A stretch of 63,990 bases of DNA, the filler included, from Dehalococcoidia bacterium (GTDB lineage Bacteria > Chloroflexota > Dehalococcoidia > DSTF01 > JACRBR01): NCBI GenBank assembly GCA_041494685.1. It is 3 parts of 3 records of this genome, joined end to end, with 100 filler letters (N's around TTAATTAATTAA, not from the genome) between each part and the next. Parts side by side here need not be neighbours in the genome. Positions count along the whole stretch, not along the records: positions 44,815 to 63,990 come from JBGQBE010000058.1; 2 more parts are not named here. One strand, given 5' to 3'. The translations under genes and the position numbers were made by a program. Position 1 is the first letter of the stretch. Every line of letters begins with the position of its first letter. This document shows positions 57,763-63,990 of this stretch, in pieces. The notes under the pieces were generated by a model, which saw nothing but the letters and a program-made list of their open reading frames with translations, was not told the DNA's origin and ran no database searches.

Positions 57763-59061
57763 TCACGCTCCGAGTCCGGCCAGGTGCTCCCAGAAGTCAG
57801 GATAGGAAATCGCGACGGCCTCCGCGCCCTCGACGGTGACGCCTTCGCGCGAAGCGAGCCCCGCGACCGCCAGCGCCATGGCGAGGCGGTGGTCGCCGAA
57901 GGCCTCGCCGGCGCCGCCGCGGATGCCACCCGCGCCCTCAATGATCATGCCGTCGGCGCGCTCCCGCACATCGACGCCGAGGCGTGAGAGCTGCGAGACG
58001 ACGGTGGCGACGCGGTCCGACTCCTTCACGCGCAGCTCCTGCGCGTCGCGGATCTCCGTCGTGCCGCGGGCGCAGGCAGCGGCGACCGCCAGCACCGGCA
58101 CCTCGTCGATCAAGCGGGCGATCATCTCGCCGGCGACGACGGTGCCGCGCAGCTCCGACGAGCGCACGACGACATCGGCGACGGGCTCGCCGGCGACCTG
58201 GCGCTCCTCCTCGACCGAGACGTCGGCGCCCATGGCGCGCAGCACGTCGATGATGCCACTGCGCGTGGGGTTCACGCCGACGCCGGCCAGGCGCAGCTCG
58301 GCGTCGGGATGCACGGCCGCCGCGACCATCCAGAACGCGGCGGCGGAGATATCGTTCGGCACGCGCATGGAGAGCGGCCGCAGGCGCGCGCCGGGCGTCA
58401 GCCGCACGGCAGGGCCCTCGCGGCCGATGCGGACGCCCATGGCGGCGAGCATGCGCTCCGTGTGGTCGCGCGTGGCCTCCGGCTCCTCGACGATCGTGTC
58501 GCCCTGCGCGAAGAGGGCCGCCAGCAGCACGGACGACTTCACCTGCGCGCTCGCGACGGGGAGCCGGTAGCGGATGCCGTGCAGGCCGCCGCCGCGGATC
58601 ACGAGCGGCGCCAGGCGGCCGCCGTCGCGGCCGTCGATCCGGGCGCCCATCTCGCGCAGGGGCGTGGCGACGCGCGCCATCGGCCGGTCGCGGAGCGAGG
58701 CGTCGCCGCTGAGCACGGAGAGGAACGGCTGGCCGGCCAGGACGCCGGCCATCAGGCGCATCGTCGTGCCGGAGTTACCGCAATCGAGCACGCCGTCCGC
58801 CTCGCGCAGGCCGTCGATGCCGACGCCGCGGATGCGCAGCACGGGCGCGGTGCCGCCGCGGTCGAGCGACGACTCGACGCCGAGCGCGGCGAGCACGCCG
58901 AGCGTGGAGATGCAGTCTTCGCCAGGGAGGAAGTTCTGGACGGTGGCCTCGCCATCGGCAAGCGCGTTGAGCATGGCGGCGCGGTGCGAGATCGACTTGT
59001 CGCCCGGCACGGCTATGCTGCCGCGCAGACGAGGCAGCGGCCGCACCTCGCGCGCGCTCAC
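57763..59061 (-). CDS. aroA: 3-phosphoshikimate 1-carboxyvinyltransferase
   Basis: PGDKSISHR, GNSGTTMRL, SAQVKS, ELRVKESDR and GDHRLAM motifs. Confidence 0.97.
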   Translation of the reverse strand: MSAREVRPLPRLRGSIAVPGDKSISHRAAMLNALADGEATVQNFLPGEDCISTLGVLAALGVESSLDRGGTAPVLRIRGVGIDGLREADGVLDCGNSGTTMRLMAGVLAGQPFLSVLSGDASLRDRPMARVATPLREMGARIDGRDGGRLAPLVIRGGGLHGIRYRLPVASAQVKSSVLLAALFAQGDTIVEEPEATRDHTERMLAAMGVRIGREGPAVRLTPGARLRPLSMRVPNDISAAAFWMVAAAVHPDAELRLAGVGVNPTRSGIIDVLRAMGADVSVEEERQVAGEPVADVVVRSSELRGTVVAGEMIARLIDEVPVLAVAAACARGTTEIRDAQELRVKESDRVATVVSQLSRLGVDVRERADGMIIEGAGGIRGGAGEAFGDHRLAMALAVAGLASREGVTVEGAEAVAISYPDFWEHLAGLGA

Positions 59062-60059
59062 CTGCGCTTGCCCTCGGCGCGCTCTTCCGCCTCGCGGATG
59101 ACGTCGCGTTGCTTCTTCATGTAGCCGGAAATGGCGGAGCCGAAGAGGATGTCGCTGAGGCTGACGGTCTCCATCGGCTCGCCCACATCGCGGGTGGGCG
59201 GCCCGTTGACCATGAAGTTCTCGCGTTCGATCTGCGCGCGCGCGAAGACCTCAAGGATCGGCTCGCTCTCGCCGGCGGCGACGGCGGCGCGGAACTTCGA
59301 CAGCTCGTCGATGTAGCGGTCCAGCCAGTGCAGTACGTTGTCACGGTTGGAGACCATGATGTCGTGCGCCATCTCCGGCGAGCCCGACGCGAGGCGCGTC
59401 GTATCGCGGAAGCCGCTGGAGGCGAGCTGCGCCAGCTCCGGCCAGGCCTGGCTGCCGAAGGCGACGGAGAAGAGCGCGGACGAGAGCAGCAGCGGCAGGT
59501 GGCTGATCGCGGCGGCGTAGGCGTCGTGCTCGTCCGGATCCATGAACATCGGCTTCGCGCCGGCGAGCTGGGCGAGGCCGACGACCGTGCGCACCGAACT
59601 CTCGCTGGCGGTGGGCGACGGCGCGATCACCCAGGTCTTGCCCTGGAACAGCTCCGCCTCGGCCTCGGCGACGCCCTGCGTCTCCTTGCCGGCCATCGGG
59701 TGCCCGCCGACGTAGTCGACGTGCTCCGGCAGCAGCTCCTTCGCCAGCCGCGCGACGTCGCCCTTGGTGCTGGCCACGTCGGTGACGACGGCGCCGGGGA
59801 TCAGCACCGGCGCGATCTCCTCGAACACGGCGCGCGTAGTCATGATCGGCGACGCGACGACCACCAGGCGCGCGCCCTCCGCCGCCTCAGCCGCACTCCA
59901 GGCCTCGCGGTCGATCGCGCCCAGCCGCTTCGCGCGCACGATCGTCTCGCGCGTGCGGGCGGTGCCGACGACCTCGATGTCCTTCAGCCCGGCCTTGCGG
60001 ATCGCCATGCCAATCGACCCGCCGATCAGCCCCAGCCCGATGATCGCGATCCGTTCCAC
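59058..60059 (-). CDS. tyrA: Prephenate/arogenate dehydrogenase
   Basis: GLGLIGGS, DVASTK, GGHPMAG, ISHLP and GFRDTTRLA motifs. Confidence 0.93.
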   Translation of the reverse strand: MERIAIIGLGLIGGSIGMAIRKAGLKDIEVVGTARTRETIVRAKRLGAIDREAWSAAEAAEGARLVVVASPIMTTRAVFEEIAPVLIPGAVVTDVASTKGDVARLAKELLPEHVDYVGGHPMAGKETQGVAEAEAELFQGKTWVIAPSPTASESSVRTVVGLAQLAGAKPMFMDPDEHDAYAAAISHLPLLLSSALFSVAFGSQAWPELAQLASSGFRDTTRLASGSPEMAHDIMVSNRDNVLHWLDRYIDELSKFRAAVAAGESEPILEVFARAQIERENFMVNGPPTRDVGEPMETVSLSDILFGSAISGYMKKQRDVIREAEERAEGKRR

Positions 60060-60086
60060 GGTACCCTCGCTCCCTGCCAGAGGCGG

Positions 60087-60584
60087 CTACGCCTCGTCGG
60101 CTGCCTGCAATAGCGCCAGGCGCTCGTCCGCGCCGGCGGCGTCCTGCTCCCTGATCATACGCACAACGTCGGGGTCAGCGCCCGCCGCGGCCGCCATCCG
60201 CGCCCCGATCTCCGGGTGATGCAGCAGGCGGAAGAACGCCTGCCGCCACGCCGCGCCGGTCTCGCCGGCGATCCGCCGCCGCAGCGCGGGCGCCAGCGCC
60301 CCCAGCAGCACGTGCGCGACCCGCTGCCAGAGCGCGACGCGGCCCTTGCCGCAGTCGTGCAGGAGCGCCGCCGCGCAGAGCGCCGCATCCTCGCCCGGGG
60401 CGGCGGCGCGGACCCGCCGCCAGACCTCGATGCCGTGCTGCTGATCGCGCAGCATCATCGATTCGAATACGCGCTGCTGTGGCGCGCCCAGGTAGCGGTA
60501 CGCCTCCGCGCGCTCGTCCGCGCCGACGTGCGGCCGCAGCGCGCCGACGAACTGGCGCACGCGATGGCCGGGGCGCGCGCGCAT
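60087..60584 (-). CDS. HD-domain metal-dependent phosphohydrolase
   Basis: DQQH, ALLHDCGK, HPEIGA and LQAAD motifs. Start overlaps the S2P stop. Confidence 0.8.
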   Translation of the reverse strand: MRARPGHRVRQFVGALRPHVGADERAEAYRYLGAPQQRVFESMMLRDQQHGIEVWRRVRAAAPGEDAALCAAALLHDCGKGRVALWQRVAHVLLGALAPALRRRIAGETGAAWRQAFFRLLHHPEIGARMAAAAGADPDVVRMIREQDAAGADERLALLQAADEA

Positions 60585-61285
60585 CAGCCGATGCCCGTGA
60601 ACGCGCGCAGCAACCGGATCACCGGCGGCCCCATGATGTCCGCGAGAAGGTTCTGGCCGGTGACATACGGCAGCAGGAACAGGATGATCAGCAGCGGGCC
60701 GGGGCCGTACTGGTTCAGCCGCGCGAACGGCTCCCGGAGGTCCTTCGGGAGAATCGCCAGCGCGACGTTGTAGCCATCGAGCGGCGGCAGCGGGATCAGG
60801 TTGAAGATGCCCAGGATGATGTTCATGTAGACCGCGCCGGTCAGGAAGAGACCGACGTACTCCCTGAGGCCGCTGACGAAGTACACGCTCCCGAACGGAT
60901 TGACGTACGGCACCATGCCCGCCTTGATCGGCACGGCCAGCAAGAACGCGACGGCGAAGTTCGAAATCGGGCCGGCGGAGGCGACGAGCAGCGTCACGAA
61001 CTTGGGGCTGAGCTTGAGGCCGTACGGGTTGTGCTGGACGGGCTTCCCCCAGCCGAAGCCGATGAAGAGCATCATCACGGCGCCGAGCGGCTCGATGTGC
61101 GAGGCCGGGTTGAGCGAGACGCGCCCCTGCTTCCGGGGGAGCTGGTCGCCGAGCGCGGTCGCGGCCAGGGCGTGAGAGCACTCGTGGAACGTGATGCCGA
61201 CCACGAGCGCGAACACGGTCGACGCCATCAGCACCAGGAAGAGCGAGAAGTCGCTGTCGATGAGATTACTGTGGAGCCAGATCAA
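60584..61285 (-). CDS. Site-2 protease (M50) family protein
   Basis: HECSH, AGPISN and FNLIPLPPLDG motifs. Confidence 0.92.
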   Translation of the reverse strand: MIWLHSNLIDSDFSLFLVLMASTVFALVVGITFHECSHALAATALGDQLPRKQGRVSLNPASHIEPLGAVMMLFIGFGWGKPVQHNPYGLKLSPKFVTLLVASAGPISNFAVAFLLAVPIKAGMVPYVNPFGSVYFVSGLREYVGLFLTGAVYMNIILGIFNLIPLPPLDGYNVALAILPKDLREPFARLNQYGPGPLLIILFLLPYVTGQNLLADIMGPPVIRLLRAFTGIG

Positions 61286-61343
61286 GGGGTATTAGCGTCT
61301 CCTGCATCAAGTGTATCGGATTGAGGCGGACGGGCGGTGAGCG

Positions 61344-61370
61344 GCGGGCGGGCCGCGATGGCCCGCCCGC
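61344..61370. terminator. 11-bp GC hairpin downstream of clpC
   Basis: GCGGGCGGGCC-gcgat-GGCCCGCCCGC. Confidence 0.55.
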
Positions 61371-61397
61371 TCTCGCGATCTTGACGGTTCCGCACTA

Positions 61398-63860
<2,463 letters not shown>

Positions 63861-63990
63861 TTTGGTTACCTCTTAACCATAAAATCGAACGCCGGCGGCA
63901 ATGGCGTCGTCGAGACGTTGCTACGGAAAATCGCGACCGACCCATTTCTGAATTGAAGATTAGTGTGACGCGGCAGGCTTTCACTCGGCC

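Noticed and set aside
63861..63990. CIRCE, HAIR or CtsR operator upstream of clpC
   Set aside because: No match to TTAGCACTC-N9-GAGTGCTAA, CTTGAGT-N7-ACTCAAG or GTCAAA heptads in the visible sequence. The region is cut by the window end.

Overview
High-GC bacterial DNA. The gene content and protein styles suggest Chloroflexota, probably Dehalococcoidia (inference). The window is three assembly pieces joined by artificial N44-TTAATTAATTAA-N44 spacers at 22695-22794 and 44715-44814, so adjacency across those joins is not biological. It is mostly housekeeping: the nuoN 3' end, ybeY, dnaX-ybaB-recR, argH-rpe, comEC-rph, nusA-ylxR-infB-rbfA...truB, htpX, tldD/pmbA, a thiolase and an SDR, murA, mreB, rex, clpC-site-2 protease-HD-tyrA-aroA-gmk. 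It also carries signalling enzymes (HD-GYP, PgpH-like), two glycoside hydrolases, a GT-C glycosyltransferase, a split ADP-forming acyl-CoA synthetase and a Tat-exported DUF1800/DUF1501 pair. No rRNA, tRNA, CRISPR array, transposase or prophage was seen. The most notable unexplained signals are: (1) a dispersed family of intergenic 7-nt-period repeat arrays, often arranged as inverted arms; (2) a stand-alone 47-aa basic zinc-ribbon gene missed by the ORF track, with a strong promoter, upstream repeats, a candidate structured leader and a perfect terminator; (3) a 32-aa His-tailed membrane peptide and a PAP2 gene inside the tldD-pmbA pair; (4) a roughly 25-nt AT-rich motif that brackets the thiolase-SDR genes and recurs at the rex and DUF1800 promoters; (5) a tandem HIT pseudo-dimer, a Cys-to-Asp MurA, and a rimP-type attenuator with no rimP. 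No single complete novel system could be proven from sequence alone.
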